Of a stretch of DNA of 64,000 nt, positions 48,233 through 62,710 are shown piece after piece. The notes beneath the pieces were generated by a model that was not told where the DNA came from, did no database searches, and was given only the letters and a program-made list of their open reading frames with translations. Every line of letters starts with the position of its first letter. The stretch's first letter is position 1. The position numbers and the translations under genes are program-made. Origin of the DNA: Callorhinchus milii (lineage: Eukaryota); NCBI RefSeq assembly GCF_018977255.1, contig NW_024704743.1, forward strand, positions 35,776,001 to 35,840,000. The letters run 5' to 3'.

Positions 48233-49944
48233 GCAAGCTAAGTTATGTTTTGTGTGTGAAACTGAATCTTTCTGGCTGTGGCAATGGATGACTGTATCCT
48301 GCAATCATGTCTCTCTCGGATTTCCCTCTCCCCTTGAACACTTGACTCCACAGGAAAATTGGAAGGTCTAGATGCCAAAGCACAATTGTGCAATGCAAAA
48401 TCTGGCAAAGGCTGACAGGGAAGAAAAGGCACATTTCACTTCTGGATAGACCCACAGCTCAGATCAAAAGAATTGCAGTAAGTAACCGATTTTACTTCAC
48501 TCCATTTTTCTTCACTGTTATCCACTCTTTTTTATCCCTTCCTTCCATCCATTCTCTGACTGTTGAGTGTCGCAGTCTCCTGCAGCCTCAGAGAGTCTTT
48601 TTCTTTGAAACATACTCACACACGACTTCAGTGTAGTCTTTTGTTTGTCCCCTGTTTATTAACACCCCAATGTTATGTATGCGGCAGTCTGAGATTATAT
48701 GAGCACTGGACTCACAGATAGAAACTTGTGAAGTGGTGCCCAGAGTTATTTGCTGCTTGAAATATTTTTTGAAAAGATGGTAAACTCCTGTCTTCCTTCA
48801 TCTCCCTCGGTTGGGTCAAGTGTAAACCAGAGGCTGGGCTGAGCGGCAAGTGGGGAGGGGTTGGTGTTCCTGAGCATCCAGCGATTCTGCTGTGATGTGT
48901 CCTGCAGTAGAGCACAGAGTAGCCGGGAAAAGCTCTCCCTCAGAGGTTCACCTTCCTTCTCTTGCCCCACAGTGACCTGGCTGACATCAGGAGCCTCAGG
49001 TGGGGATGCAGTCTATGTGATAGCAGCCTGAGCCCTCAGTGCACGCTGCTGTCATTGACTTTGACTTGTGGGACTGGCAGTAACCAGTGCAAAGAGTGGC
49101 AGCAGAAATGTTAAACACTCAACTCACATTCCTTCTGTCTGCCGCACAAACAATCTGTGAAAGATCTAATTATAGTACACTGAAGGTGTAAAAAGGAAGC
49201 CAGGAACTCTTCACTCTCAGAATTTGTAGTCTAACAATTTAGTAACAGTAATTTGTAATGTGTATTGTATTGATTTTGAATTGCCCCATATATATGCAAT
49301 TCAAAATCAATACTATCCCCCCTCCCCCCACACTGTTAACATGGATACAGTTCATGATGATACTGTCACTGAAGCCAGATCATGCATCTGATTAGTAGCG
49401 CACACTGTTTGACTGCTGGTTATTGTGTCACATCATTTTACTAAACAAACCATTTAGAGTTAGTTCACCGCCTGCTCACCAGCAGTCAAATTCTGCAATC
49501 TGAGAGACAAAATTTACATTGTGAACTAACTTCACAAAACGTTGGGATTGCGAATGGTGTCAGGGGTTGGGAAAATGCCTCTGGCCCGTCCAGGTACATT
49601 TGCAGTGGATCCAAGTTATTAAATGTAAACCATGTGTTTGACCCCAGTGAGTGAAAGGAACTATATAAATATTCCAGTTCCGATGGCACATTTGGCTCAG
49701 CCATTACCTGATGAACCAACACACCCGGGAAATCTTGGGCTCGGTCTCTGGTCTGTGCTGACTTCCAGCAATTGACATCAGTGTGAGATAGGATAAGAAC
49801 GAGAAACCAACCAAGGGTCACCGCTGTTGATTCTTAAGCAGTGATCACCCCACACAAGCTAGAAAATGCACATTTCTGGAAAGGATTAGCTTTGATAGTG
49901 ATGTCTAAGTCCTCATTGTGCTTACATGTGAAGAATGACCACTT

Positions 49945-50127
49945 GAACATAGGAACAGGAGTAGGCCATTCAGCTCCTCGAGCCTGTTCCAACTTTCTAT
50001 TAGATCATGGCTGATCTGTTCCTCAACTCCAAACACTATCCCCATTGACCCATATCCTTTGATACCCTTACCTAACAAAAATCTCTCCACAGCCTTTTAG
50101 GGGAGAGAATACCAGATTTCCACTACC
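49945..50127 (-). mobile_element. CR1 3' end, antisense (different subfamily)
   Basis: gaacataggaacaggagtaggccattcagc..atcatggctgatctg. Confidence 0.7.
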
Positions 50128-50199
50128 CAAGGAACAAGGTATTAGAAGGTGTACCTTAGCTTGAGTCAGTTCCTTCAGAAGGAATGTATGTTGCCATTT

Positions 50200-50945
50200 A
50201 CCTGCAATGTTAGATGGCATATAAGCTAGAAGGTAGAATCTTAAAAGGGGTTCATATAAGTAAACCTTTGAAGGAGGCAGGACAGGTAGATAAAGCGGTT
50301 AAAAAAGCATACGGGATACTAGGCTTTATAAATAGAGGCAAAGAATACAAAAATCAGGAAGTTATGATGAACCTTTGTAAAGCACTGGTTAGGCCTCAGC
50401 TAGACTACTGTGTTCAGTTCAGGCACCGCACTTTAGGAAGGATGTCAAGGCTTTGGAGAGGGTGCAAAGGAGATTTATCAGGAATGAGGGACTTCAGTTA
50501 TGAGGAGAGGCTAGAGAAGCTAGGATTATTCTCCTCGGACCAGAGAAGATTAAGAGGAGACTTAATAGAAGTTTTCAAACTTTTGAGAGGATTCAATAGG
50601 GTGAACAAGGAGAAACTATTTCCACTGGCGAATGGGTCGGTAACCCGAGGACACCGATTTAAAATAGTTGTTAAAAGAAACAGAGGAGCTGAGGAGAAAT
50701 CTTTTTACATAGTGAGTTATTCGGATCTGGAATGCTTTACTTGAAAGGATGGTGGAAGCCGATTCGATAACAATTTTTAAGGAAGAAATAGATAATTATT
50801 TGGGAGGACAAGCTTTCAGGGCTATAGTGAGAGAGTGGGGGGAGGGGGGTGGGGGGTATTGAATTGGATAGCTCTTTTCAAAGAGCCGGCACGGACACGA
50901 TGGGCCGAATGGCCTCCTTCTGTGCTGTATAATTCTATGATCCTG
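50200..50945 (+). mobile_element. 5'-truncated CR1 LINE
   Basis: KAVKKAYGILGFI, LVRPQLDYCVQF, YEERLEKLGLFS..RRLRGDLIEVFK and TRGHRFK; attctatga tail. Confidence 0.92.
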
Positions 50946-52359
50946 TGATTGTACGCTTTCTGTTTGTAACCCACAATACATATTATGTTTTTATCTTATT
51001 GGAGGAAATGTTTCAAAGTTCTGCAGCTAATACAAATGGGGTTGAAAAATATGATGTTTCAAAATTAGCATATTGTATCTGTTATGAAATGTCCCATCTT
51101 TCACCATATATATGGCAGATGGATATACTGAGTGACTGTGATTGTGTTAACAGTTCACAGGCTATACTGTAGTATAGTTGCCAGAAGCAAGATTTTGTTT
51201 CGGAGTGAATTGCTATATTTAAAGTTATTTTTTCTTCTCCCATCTACAGTATTCTGCTTCTCTCTCTCACACACACATATTGTAACCGGCTGAAAGTAGA
51301 GGCAGGCAAGATGCTCCCAATAGTGGTCTAAAATTGCTGAGCAAGAGACGGGTGAAAGTCTTCTGAGATTACTCTCCCTCCTTTGTCCTTTGGCTTCACT
51401 CAACAACTCTTAACACCAGCTTGTTTGATATCAATAACACAGCATGTGGAGAATCATAGGCCCGAGCCTGCATTTTCCTTCCCTTTTGACTATATGGTTA
51501 CCTCTCCTCTCTCCCCGGTTCAGTGTCAAGCTGCAGTACCATTGAGCGCTCTGAGTCTCTGCCTGCATGAATGGTGCTATATAATTGCATGGTGTTGTTG
51601 GTGTTGGAGCTTCAATGGCACGGTGCCATCAGGGTCATAATCTATAATACTTAACATCAATCCTCAAAATCAAAGCTCCACTGTTACGTCACTCACCCAT
51701 TGCTCTTCATGGTAAAACAATCTATTGTAACCCGCCAATGGCAGCTAAAGTATGCTTTTAAATCAAACCAACTGATGATACAACAACAATAGCAACAATT
51801 TTGATTTATATAGCGCTCTTCACGTTGGGTAATTACCTGTAAAGGACTGAGCAAGGAGAGGGGGAGATAGCCCTTATGCAGTTTACAATAGTTTACATTT
51901 ATATGGAACCTTTCACGTCAGGAAGATGTTCCAAAGCACTCACACAGAGGGAGGTGAGGGAGAGGAGAATTACATGTTGAGCTTTTTACCCCCTTGCACA
52001 TACTGGCTTTTAGCCAAGTCAGGACCAGGAGACCTTTTGAACAAACCACCTCTCACAGCTAATTGTGGGACGGCATTCCTCCATGGCTATTGTCCTGAAG
52101 ATCTTGGTTCTCATTCTGAAACATAAAACTCCGACCCTGCTTCACGCAAGTAATAATTTGCTTCTCATAATGCTATCTTCAGGTTACTTGGACTGCTTCT
52201 TATCTTACTGGCCTGAAATGTATCCATGGTGACAACCCAATTCAAGAGGTTCCATCTGCTGGAACAAGTACAATTACAAAGCATCAAGTTCTTGGGAGCC
52301 TTGACATGCCAGTTCTGCAACTGCGAAAACATGGCAGTGGAACCAAGTGCTGGCAGGCT

Positions 52360-52391
<32 letters not shown>

Positions 52392-55104
52392 TTATTTGAA
52401 TGCAGCATCTGATTGACTTAAAGTCCATTCTCGATTGAGGCGAGTTGCAGTCAGGCTGCTGTGTACAGGCGGCTGACAGTTTTACCAGTTTGGTAAAATA
52501 AGTGAGAGGAGTTGGAATTGATGGGATAATTAGGCCACAGTGACAAAATGTTTTCTTCCTTGCCAAGTTGTTGACGGGGAAAAATGGAACGATTTGATTC
52601 AAAAGTTGAAGCTCTTTTTTTAATCCACCAGCCCAGCCTCGATGAAACAAGATGTAGGGTACGTGTGCACACAGACATGCTTGAAGGAAACCAGCTGCTT
52701 CAAAGCTACAGCAACTTTTTTCCAATATTAGTCTGCTATGGGCAAACACAAGCCAGACTGGAGCCAGGCACATATCAACTACTGGATGTCTCCAAAATTA
52801 ACTGCTGTGCTCCCATTCCATTATATTTAGCTTCGATACTCGCTCTGCTCAAAATACAGTATGTCATCGTGTTGTGGATGTAAGTTCTTTCCTTTGACTA
52901 ATGGGTTTCTCTTGTTTTATTTCTCATTTCTTCAATACTTTATGAGTTACCTGCCCGTCCGCCGCAAGCCACGGAAGAAAAGACCAGGAAGGAAAAATTA
53001 CCCCTAGTTCCAGATTTAGATTTAGGCTTTTTTCTTAGCATTTTGAAGTGTGCAAATACTGTATTGAATAATTCAAGAATATAGTCTTAATTTTAAATAT
53101 TATATATTTTTTCTGGTGGTTCTTTTTAAGACTTCAAAATTAAGATAGAATTTTAGAATTGTCCAAAATTTGTGTGCTCTAAAATGATAAGAAAAAAAAG
53201 TCTAAATCTAGTTCAAAATGGAATTACTCCCCCCCACCCCCTAGTGCTTGTACACTTCTCCTCAGTACTTGAACCACCTCCCCCACACACACTGTGTACA
53301 GTGCAATACATTCAAATAATTTCTGTACTACATTTTGAATCTGGATCACTACCACAGGGTGTCCAGACACTTATATTTGTAGATCCAGAGGTTACTGTCC
53401 CTTTTTTCCGCTACTTGAAAAGGAAGCTAATCATTGTAGTGGATGGATGAAAAAAGCCCTACGGTGTACCATATGATCTAATCCTTCCACAAGACCCACC
53501 CTTATGTGCCTTTTCATTACAGAATCACATTGTTTCTTAAATGATTGCTGTGTCCTGGCCTCTGCCACCATCCCTGGTGACCCATTCCAGCTGTTAATTA
53601 CTCTCTAAATACTTCCTTGTGTCTGTTCTAAAATTGTACTTCACAATCTTGAACCTGTGCCCTTTCATCCTGTATTATTGTAGTGATCAGGTCTACACCA
53701 TCAGATATGGGTTGGTCATTGTTCAGCCCAATTCTACTTTTATCTTGAAGGCTGGAGGAGAGGGGAGGGAGAGGAAGATTTGGCAGTGTTAAGGAGCACA
53801 GAAGCATGACTTCTGGGGATCTGAACAAAACCAATGTTCAGTTTATTCTAAAGGATATTTATTGCAATCAAAAAAGTATCGAAAATATTTTTCATTTCTG
53901 AATACTTGATATATTTCTGTTCTATTGTGGAATGTGGAAAAGTTCACTTGCCTTTGCCTTTTTTTGCACACTTTTAACACTGCCAACGTTTCCTCCCCCT
54001 CTCGTCCCCTCCAGCCTTCAATAAAAAGTGGAATCAAATTGAATACTGACCAGCCCAACTCTGAAGGGTAACATTCCCAAGCATACATTTTTAATATCAA
54101 AAAGAATGCAATCCTGAGATCATGATTTTTGTTCATGCATTTTAAAAAATTACTGAAAAATCAAGACAGAAAAGTTTTAAAGATGGACTGTCTTCACTGA
54201 AAGAGTTAAATATAGTTTTAGCACCATGATTTCATAACCCCATGACATTCTGATGGGAAATACAGCACAGCTCAGCACAACTAAATTCTTTCACACTTTC
54301 TGTGTAAAGATCATCCTTTCTGTGTGTGATCATAAACCTGTTTCACTTCAGATTATTAAAGCAAAGCATTTTATCAGCAGCGTGGATCATGCAAATATGC
54401 AATTGAAATCTGCAGCACCCCCCTTGCCGTGATAGAATTCTGCACAAGGGCATTGAAACTATCCAAAACATTTAGCACTGGATTTTACATTAAAGGAGGA
54501 CATGTGCAGAACTAGGAAAGGAGAGCCAGGGGGCATCATTAAAAAGATTAGGAAGTCACAAGTAACTGTAAACATGAGGAAGTTGCTCAATTTATGGAAT
54601 AGATTGCCATCTAGTGTCATTGCTGGTTCATAGCAATTATTTGCTTCTGGACAGACAACAACAATAAAATTACATTTATGGAGCACCTTTCACGTCGGGA
54701 GGACGTCCCAAGGCAAGAAGGAAAAAGCAGAGACACAAATTGAGGTTCTGGATTATGACTTTTAGGTTGGGAGATTTAGATGTTCATTTAGGGGAAAGCC
54801 ACTTGAAACAATTTAACTTCATATTTTCCATATACTTCCCATGTGGTAAAAAGCTTATTTCTAAAAGGCTATTTCCATGACTCAAGTTTACCACTTGCCG
54901 CATTGAGGAACATCCGAATAATGTCAAAGTAGCCAAGCACTAACATGGGAATAACTGTAAACCTCAGACACACTCTAAACCTGACAGAGTCCATCAAAAG
55001 GGAATGGGAACACCTGACATACAAAGCAATATGAACATAGAAGCAACAGAGAAGGTAAAAATGCAAGTCAAGAAAGAGGACCAAAATAAGAAGGCAATGT
55101 TGCA

Positions 55105-56040
55105 ATCTGTCTCCTCCAATAATTTCTCCTCCCTCACTCTCGTACCTGTGGAGTACCTCAAGGCTCTTTTCTCAGTCCACTCCTTTCCCTCCACATGCTT
55201 TCTCTTGGTGACATCATCTGCAGACATGGGGTTAAACTTCTATATGTATGCGGATGACACTCAAATCTACTTTTCCACTTTTCTTCTCAATTCCAGGTCC
55301 ATAGATGTTCTGCCCATCTGATATCAGGGACGTTGAGCATTAACTTTCTGTAACTTAAAATGGACAAGACGGAAACAATCCTTCTTGGCTCACCTCCTGA
55401 CTTCCCCAACCTCCCTGGTTTATCGCTCAAACTCAGCAGCGCACAACCTCATCATCTGGTTCAATCCTCAGCTCTCCTTCCTTCTTCACCAATTGCCACC
55501 AAAGCCTAATCTACGCTTGTGTCACCTCCAGCCTCGACTTCTCAAATGCACTACTTGCTGATCTCCCAGTTCCACAAGATCTAGCGTGTGGATAATATTC
55601 CATTCCCCGTATCCTTATCTGAACCAACTCCACTCACCCACCACCTCAATCCGCACCAGGCTCCACTGATTCCAAACATGTCAACTTCAAGGTTCTCGTC
55701 CTCACATATAAATCCCTCTAAGTCCGAGAATCTCACTGAACTGCTCATACCCCACTCCTCTGTCTGCCCTCTCTGCTCAGCTAACACAACTGAGCACTAC
55801 TTTCTCCGTGCCACTATCGGTGGTCGTACTTTCAGACATTATTCCTCTCCCCTCTGAAACTCTCTGCCTGTATCCCTCCACCTCGACCCCTCACTATCTT
55901 TAAAATCCTCCTTAAAACCTACCTCTTTGACTGTGCCTTGTCACCTCCCTTCTTCTTTGGTTACATCCAACCATGTCACTGTGAAGCATTACGAGACCTT
56001 ATCCTATGTGAAGGGGGCAATGTACATGCAAGTTGTTGTT
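55105..56040 (+). mobile_element. Degraded L2 LINE
   Basis: gtacctcaaggctct (GVPQG-like), FYMYADDTQIYFS, tail gtgaagggggcaatgtacatgcaagttgttgtt. Confidence 0.8.
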
Positions 56041-56619
56041 GCCAGAAGTGCTTGTGTGCACAACAGAGAAGTTGGGAATGGTTGTGAGCCCTATAGTACA
56101 ATAGCCTCTGACACTGTTGGAAGTTCACACACAAATACTATATTTGATCAAGCATCACATTTACCAGATAAAATTGTGGGTAATTTTATACAAATTAAAC
56201 TAGTTCACCAAATTGAGATAACCTTGTTAGTTTCATTTCAAATGTTTTGAAATGCTGATGTTCATTTGAATAATCTATTAGTTAATAAACTACTGTTTTA
56301 TTTTTTTAAATGGGTGAATGCAGCTGTCTTTTTGCTTCAGTGTAGATTGGTTGGATTGAAGAGATTGACCCCTATGTGATCTAATGGAAATCTAGTTCAG
56401 CTTTATTGTCCAGCTTGTCAGTCTGTCAGAGAAAAGGCAGAACTGCTCATGTGTTCAGCAATGGCAAAACAACAACGACAATAAATTACATTTGTATAGT
56501 GTCTTTCACTCCAGGAGAACATCCCAAGGCACTGAAAAAAAAACAGAGGGTAAGCTGGCACTTAGTATGACTCCGAACATTACCCACCTCTGGCTCTACC
56601 TCTCCCCTTATGCTGCCGA

Positions 56620-57215
56620 GACCCAAATTTACTAATTCTTCATATCAAATCAAGCCAGTGCTCTGCTCCCAGGACCATCTAACGCTTCCCTTCACAAGCT
56701 GCAGACTATCCCAAAATCAACAGCTGATCTCTTTTCCCGCAATAGACTCCGCAACCCTGTCAACCCCATCCTCTTTTGGCTCCACTGGGTCCCCATCCCC
56801 CAAAGTAGGGATAGCCAACCTGCGGCCCGTGAGCCACATTATTGATGTGTAGAATAGTCACACTGGCCACATGCTGATTCAGCACTGAATTCCCGCCCAA
56901 CCTACCCCACCAGTCATGTTTGAGCTTTCAGCGTATCTGCCCCCACTTTCTGGAACTCCATCCTGGAGTCTCTACAACTTGCCCGTCCCACAGCTACTTT
57001 GACCATGTCTTCAGTCAACTCTCTCGCACCCCACAACTTGCATTTATATAGTGCCCCTCAGACAGAGTAGCATCCCAGAGTGTCCCCAACCCTCTCAGCT
57101 CCCAATACCACTTGGTTCCAATCCCCAACTCAGTTGCATATGGTCTGTTTAGTGGCTTGGTATATCCTCCTAACATGAAAGGGTTACATAAATGTAAATT
57201 TGATGTTGTTTTGCT
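56620..57215 (+). mobile_element. Degraded L2 fragments
   Basis: ctgcagactatcccaaaat, ggctccactgg, ccccactttctggaactccatcc and an L2 tail at about 57165-57215. Confidence 0.55.
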
Positions 57216-58838
57216 ATCCTTGAGGCAGAGGTGTACAACACAACCCCAAATTACGACACAAGGACTCTACATCTCTAATATTAAAATATTTTGAATTTAT
57301 TTTTAGATCAGGTTCTGCTTTCTGTTTTGTGTATTTTAGTAAAATTGATTATTAGGAGTTTGAGAACAGAGGCTGCAGTTTGTGTGTGCTCCTGTTTAAT
57401 ATCTAATTGCTTGTTAGGTGCAGATTTATCAGATTTTAGTAATTTGGATATATTGCTATGTGTCATGAGTAAAATCATAGTTCACGGATTGAGCAGTATA
57501 CTCACTATACTTGGGCACTCTACATCTCTGACACTGAGTTGGGAGTATTAGCCTAGACTAGTTAAGCTCAAAATTCCCAACATGGGGCTTGAACCCCACC
57601 CCCCCCGACTGACTCAAAAGACAGGCTGATACCTAATTTTAATAAGTACCAATGACAATCATTCTTCTGCTGCTAGTATATAAGATTAAAAACAGACTTA
57701 AAAATAAAATACTACAGGATATTTTAATATTGAAAATTCTGGTCAGTAACTTTTCAATTGTATAGAATCCTTTGCCTGCGACTCACGCTAGTTGACTGGA
57801 GCTCGTCTCACTTCCTGTTTTGCAGTTATGATGGACTTCTGAAAAATGTCTGAAAAAAGGGCCTTACAATTCAGATTGGGGATTTTTAAAAGCATGACTG
57901 TTTATACTACATTCCTATACCTTAAGCTAATAAATTAACTACAAGATATCAATGCAGATATATCACCTTGTTAAATAGAGTGAAAGCACAGCTCAGCATT
58001 CATTAAACCTCATTCATTTAATAATGTCCCACCGTGAAACAGAATTAGATTCACAGTTCAATCTTCTGAGAACTATTGTATTGGCAATTTTGCAAGTGTA
58101 AATTAGTCAAATCTTTCATGGAACTTTTCAAGTGAATGTTCCTGCTGTATTTGGTCAGAGTAACCACCTAACATTGTTGGCACGCGGAATTGGAAATCAT
58201 TTTTTGTAGAATTTTTCTACAGCTTGCATTTATATAGCACCCTACACTTGGGGTAGCGTCCCAGAGCGCTTAACAGTGGCAGAATCTGACCATAAGCCAG
58301 GGGGAAGAGAGGTGACCGTAAGCACAATCAAAAAGTAAAGTCTTTAGGTGGGATTTTAAAGTGGGGAGGCAGGGGGCAGGCAGAGGGATTGAGGGAGAGT
58401 TTTGGGGCGTAGCAGCTGAAGATTCTCTAGTAGTTAGGCTTGCATCAGTCCATTAAATTTACATGAACAGTTACCTTCACTGATAACCATCCACAATGAT
58501 CACCCATATATTATTTTCAAAGCTTTTCCACAAGTTAAGAAAATATTGAGTCCCAGTTTCTGGATTCTGAAGATTTTTTTTACGATTTTACTTAAAATAT
58601 GCTACTCACCCTTCTGATTATGAAGGAGCAGGTTGGATTCTGTTTTCATGAAGAGTGTATGTGGCCAGGTTGTTGCTTTGTACACGATTGTAGAACCTCA
58701 CAAGGCTCAGGAGAAACACACCTGTACTGCATTCATCAATTTCCACAAGGCTTTCGAGCTCATGATGAAACTGGAAGCAATGGAGTACTTTGCCAAATGT
58801 TGAATTTTATTTGTGTGTATTCAAACTCCAAAATCTGT

Positions 58839-59147
58839 ATAATAATAATGATCCTTGCATTTGATATAGCGCTTTTCACGTCGGGAGGACGACCCAAAGC
58901 GCTTCACAGAACACACTGTAAAGTGAATTGACTGTATATTTGTGGGCAAACGCGGCAGCCAATTGCGCACAGCAATGTCTCACAAACAGTCGTAGATTGA
59001 AAATGACCAATTTATTATTGGTTTTGGAGGGATTATTATTAGGTGTGTAGAGTAAGGAAACTTGCCCAAGGTTTCGCCCTGCCTGGAATTGAACTCAGGT
59101 CTCTTGCTTCCAAAGCGAGTGCTCTAACCACTGAGCTACAGGACTCC
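58839..59147 (-). mobile_element. Full-length young tRNA-derived SINE, antisense
   Basis: Reverse complement of the 19209-19540 family. Confidence 0.93.
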
Positions 59148-59222
59148 GATAAGGGTTGATGATAGACTCAGAGCCCATCTGTCTTGAAAGTGGGGGATGG
59201 CAAGGCTGTCACCCAACTTATT

Positions 59223-59410
59223 CAATAATACTTGCATTTGATATAGCGCTTTTCATGTCTTCTAGACGTCTCAAAGCGCTTCACAGAATAGACTGTATAT
59301 TTGTAGGTGAAACGCGGCAACCAATTGCGCACAGCAGTGTCCCACAAACAGTCGTGGATTTGAAATGACCATTGTATTATTTTTTTTCTGGAGGGATTAT
59401 TATCAGGCAT
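59223..59410 (-). mobile_element. SINE 3' module, antisense (TAGAA loop variant)
   Basis: cttgcatttgatatagcgcttttcatgtcttctagacgtctc...ggagggattattatcaggc. Confidence 0.87.
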
Positions 59411-61934
59411 GTTCAATGTATTCATCAATGATGTACTGGATGGCACAGAGGGGGAAAAGACTTGGTGCACCTGTTCTAGGCATTCTGTACCAGATTGCGA
59501 TGCTTGGCTCCAGCTAATATTTTACTATTAGCAGACTCCCATGAGAACTGTGTAAATATTGCTCGAAGGCCTATTTGTCCATTTTATTGTGGTCAGGTTT
59601 AAGATTTGCTGTTAAAATTGTAATCGTTAAAATTGAAAAAGTGGAAATGTCTAAAATAATTTATCAGTATGTAGGTTGGTGTCTTTGTAAGTTTCCCAGA
59701 ATTTCACCAAATGAACTTCAGTCAAAGTGAATCACAGGAAGTTTTTGTTTTATATAGATGAAGACAAACTTATGTCAAGAACAACATAAATCAATAGAGG
59801 AAGGGAGGCGGGGTTAGCTCCAGAAGGCAAGAAAGCAGTATTGAGAATGAAAGCATAAACACATTGAGGTGCAGTTGTAATGCTATTTTTAAAATCATTT
59901 TTCCTGCTAAGTAGCTGGATCAGGCTTATAGCATAAATGCAAGCATTATCTGCTGTGCATTCGAGGATGAAAAACAAATAGAAATTAATTCTTAAACATA
60001 TCATTCACAGGAGTACAAGTAGTTTAACCCCCAAAAGAATGTGATTGAGGCAAATTATCGCCACACAAAACAATTCACACCACAATCCTGCAAATCCCAG
60101 TATCAATTCATGATACGTATTCCACCACCACTCCATTAAATTAAAAAAATATTTTGCCAAGACACTACTCGGGACTCCCGGAGTGGAATATGGAGGGAAT
60201 TGAAGGAGGGTTAAGGAAGAAGAAACATTAAACATTGGCTGGTCACTCTGCAATGCAAAACAACAACATTTGATGAAGGAATCTCTCATTGAAAACAAGA
60301 AAAACCTTCAGGAAAAATAAATGAGCAAGGTATATGGTACCTCAGTTTGTTTACTTTAATGTTTTCTTAGCCACTTATATAAAAAAAAGCCATTTCTTTT
60401 CCATAATCGTTTTGATGTTGAAAAGCTCTTAATGCAGATCTAAATTTGTGAACTTTGTTCAAGTATATTTTGCAGTAATTACTGACAGTTTTCAATTTGT
60501 AAGCTACGTTTGCCATTTCCAGCCTTGAATCACCAAACAACCTCCATGAATTCCAAGTTATTGACAAAACCATACAAAATCCTCATTCAGATATAGGTGA
60601 GAATACAAAACTATCAGAAACAGCCTATGTTTAGTTTCGGGAGATACAATCGTTTACATTTCCATTCCTTTCACTGTTATGGGATTAGTGTAACAGTGGA
60701 GCAAAAATCAAAGTCTTTACAATGGTTTCTCTTCCATGGTTCAGGAATACTCTTTCACTGGTCCAGGAATAATGAATCGCAAGAGTTTAGAAAATGGGAG
60801 AAAGATGCCCACATGTCCACAGCCAACATTCACTTCAGGTATGCATATATCAAAAACAAAATCACAAAGTATCATCCTAAACCATTTACATGAAATAGTC
60901 TATGCAAGATCCACAAAAACAGATCAAGATGTCAGAACAGGCAGCCACTTTAAAGATCAGAAAGCAAAAGGCATTTAGCCACCCAATCAGAATCTTTGTG
61001 AGTATTTCTCATTTCTAAAAATATCCACAAACAAAGTAGATAGATGGCTGGAAACAAACATTCTCTGTGGAATTATGTCACTTTAGGTTGTCCAAGAATT
61101 AAGACCAGTTGTAAAAGCCCAAAACAAGTTGAAATGATTAAAACAAACAATTCTCTTGTAAACTAAATTACAACAGTGCACATTTTTCTGAAGAGCTCTT
61201 TAGTCCACAAATATGTATTCTTGAATGGTTTTGCGTCTCAGTCCATTGATTTCTCTTTCAATTTGATACGTTTTAAATGGCATTTCTGTGTTATCCCCAT
61301 GGCTCAACAAAATGGACAGGATAAAACACTGACGGTAAAAACTAAAGTTACTCGTCTGAACCAACAGTTCTCGTTGCTCGCTTACGGGGCGACCTCCTTG
61401 GGGAAGCTTTATCTGTAGAAGGAATATTAGAGGCACACAATTAGAACAAATCCCTTGTTTGGCCAAAGAATCCAGTGATCAAGAGATTTTAAAAAAGTGC
61501 TCATTTCTTACAGCAGTACAATAGCATTCAGGTCAAACTCATGACAGCTCAAAAAAGTAGTCACACTCCAATCAGGAAGCTTTAGGGTAAAATTTAAATT
61601 AAATAAATACTTTCCATCTTTCTACTCCAATCTGTCTTCACAGGCCACATTATGTAGAATAACCCAGGACTCTGAACTAAGTGAAGGCCATGCCTCCATT
61701 ATTCCTAAGCCCATCATTAAGCAATTGTGATTTCTGAATGAAATTATAAGATTCACAAAGAAATTTTTTTAAAATTCCTAATAGTTACACATTTTGATTT
61801 ATTGAGTCTTTTCTTGGCCTGAAAACAAGTGTCCCAAACAAGTGTGTTCAAACAAGATTGAACCATTTCATTCACAAACATTTATTTGTTGCTATTAGCA
61901 CAAGGTTTAGTCCTTGCCAAAATCCTCCAGGTAA

Positions 61935-62710
61935 AATTGGTTATTCACTTCACTGCTGTTTGTGGGACACTGATGTATACAAACTGTCTATCGTGGTTGC
62001 CTACAAATACAGTCACTGATTTGCAATAAATTCTGTGAAGGGTTTGAGATGTTTTGATAACATGAAGAGACAAATTTATAAATTAAGTGTGTATCAAACG
62101 CAAGGATTATTTCCTGTTTGCAAATTGTACGATTTCAAGCCTGAGGGAGCAGGAAGGGAGCTGTTCAACCTTAGTCGGTGCATAATCTTTACGTTCTAGT
62201 TGACTTTCAGCTGTGATTGAGCTTCCTTAACCAGCCCATTGCTAATATATTTGTCCACTCTGAAATATTGCCTGCTTATGCCCTTACTTCACCTCCATCA
62301 CTGTTGAAACAACTCAAATCGCTTTGGGTAAAGACTTCTCTAATGCTGTTCCTTCCAGCCTCACAAACCTCCTAAGCTTCAATTCATCCAAACATCTTCT
62401 CTCTCAGATTAGGCTGTGTACATCCAATACTCCCACTCTATCAAACTTCATTGACTCCCAATATCATAGTGGATTGACAGATTGTGATCCTTAACTTCAA
62501 ATCCCTTCACAGTGTCACTCCTTGCTATCTATGCAATCTCATACAGCCCTAGTCTACCAATATCTACTCATCAATGCTTGCTCCTCATTCTTTCCATTGA
62601 AGATGAACCTTCATTAGCTGCCCTGGAACTCTTCCAAAATCTCTGCCTCAATACCCCTTTCCTTTGTAGACATTTACAAACATGTCTCTTCAACCATGGC
62701 TTTTAATCAA
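61935..62710 (+). mobile_element. Old SINE 3' module (61935-62110) and a highly degraded L2 fragment (about 62240-62710)
   Basis: tgtttgtgggacactgatgt..caaggattatt; ccctggaactcttcc..tctcttcaaccatggcttt. Confidence 0.55.

Noticed and set aside
52165..52773. 202-aa minus-strand ORF
   Set aside because: Includes a (GCCT)n simple repeat, has no recognisable domain and no clear exon structure.
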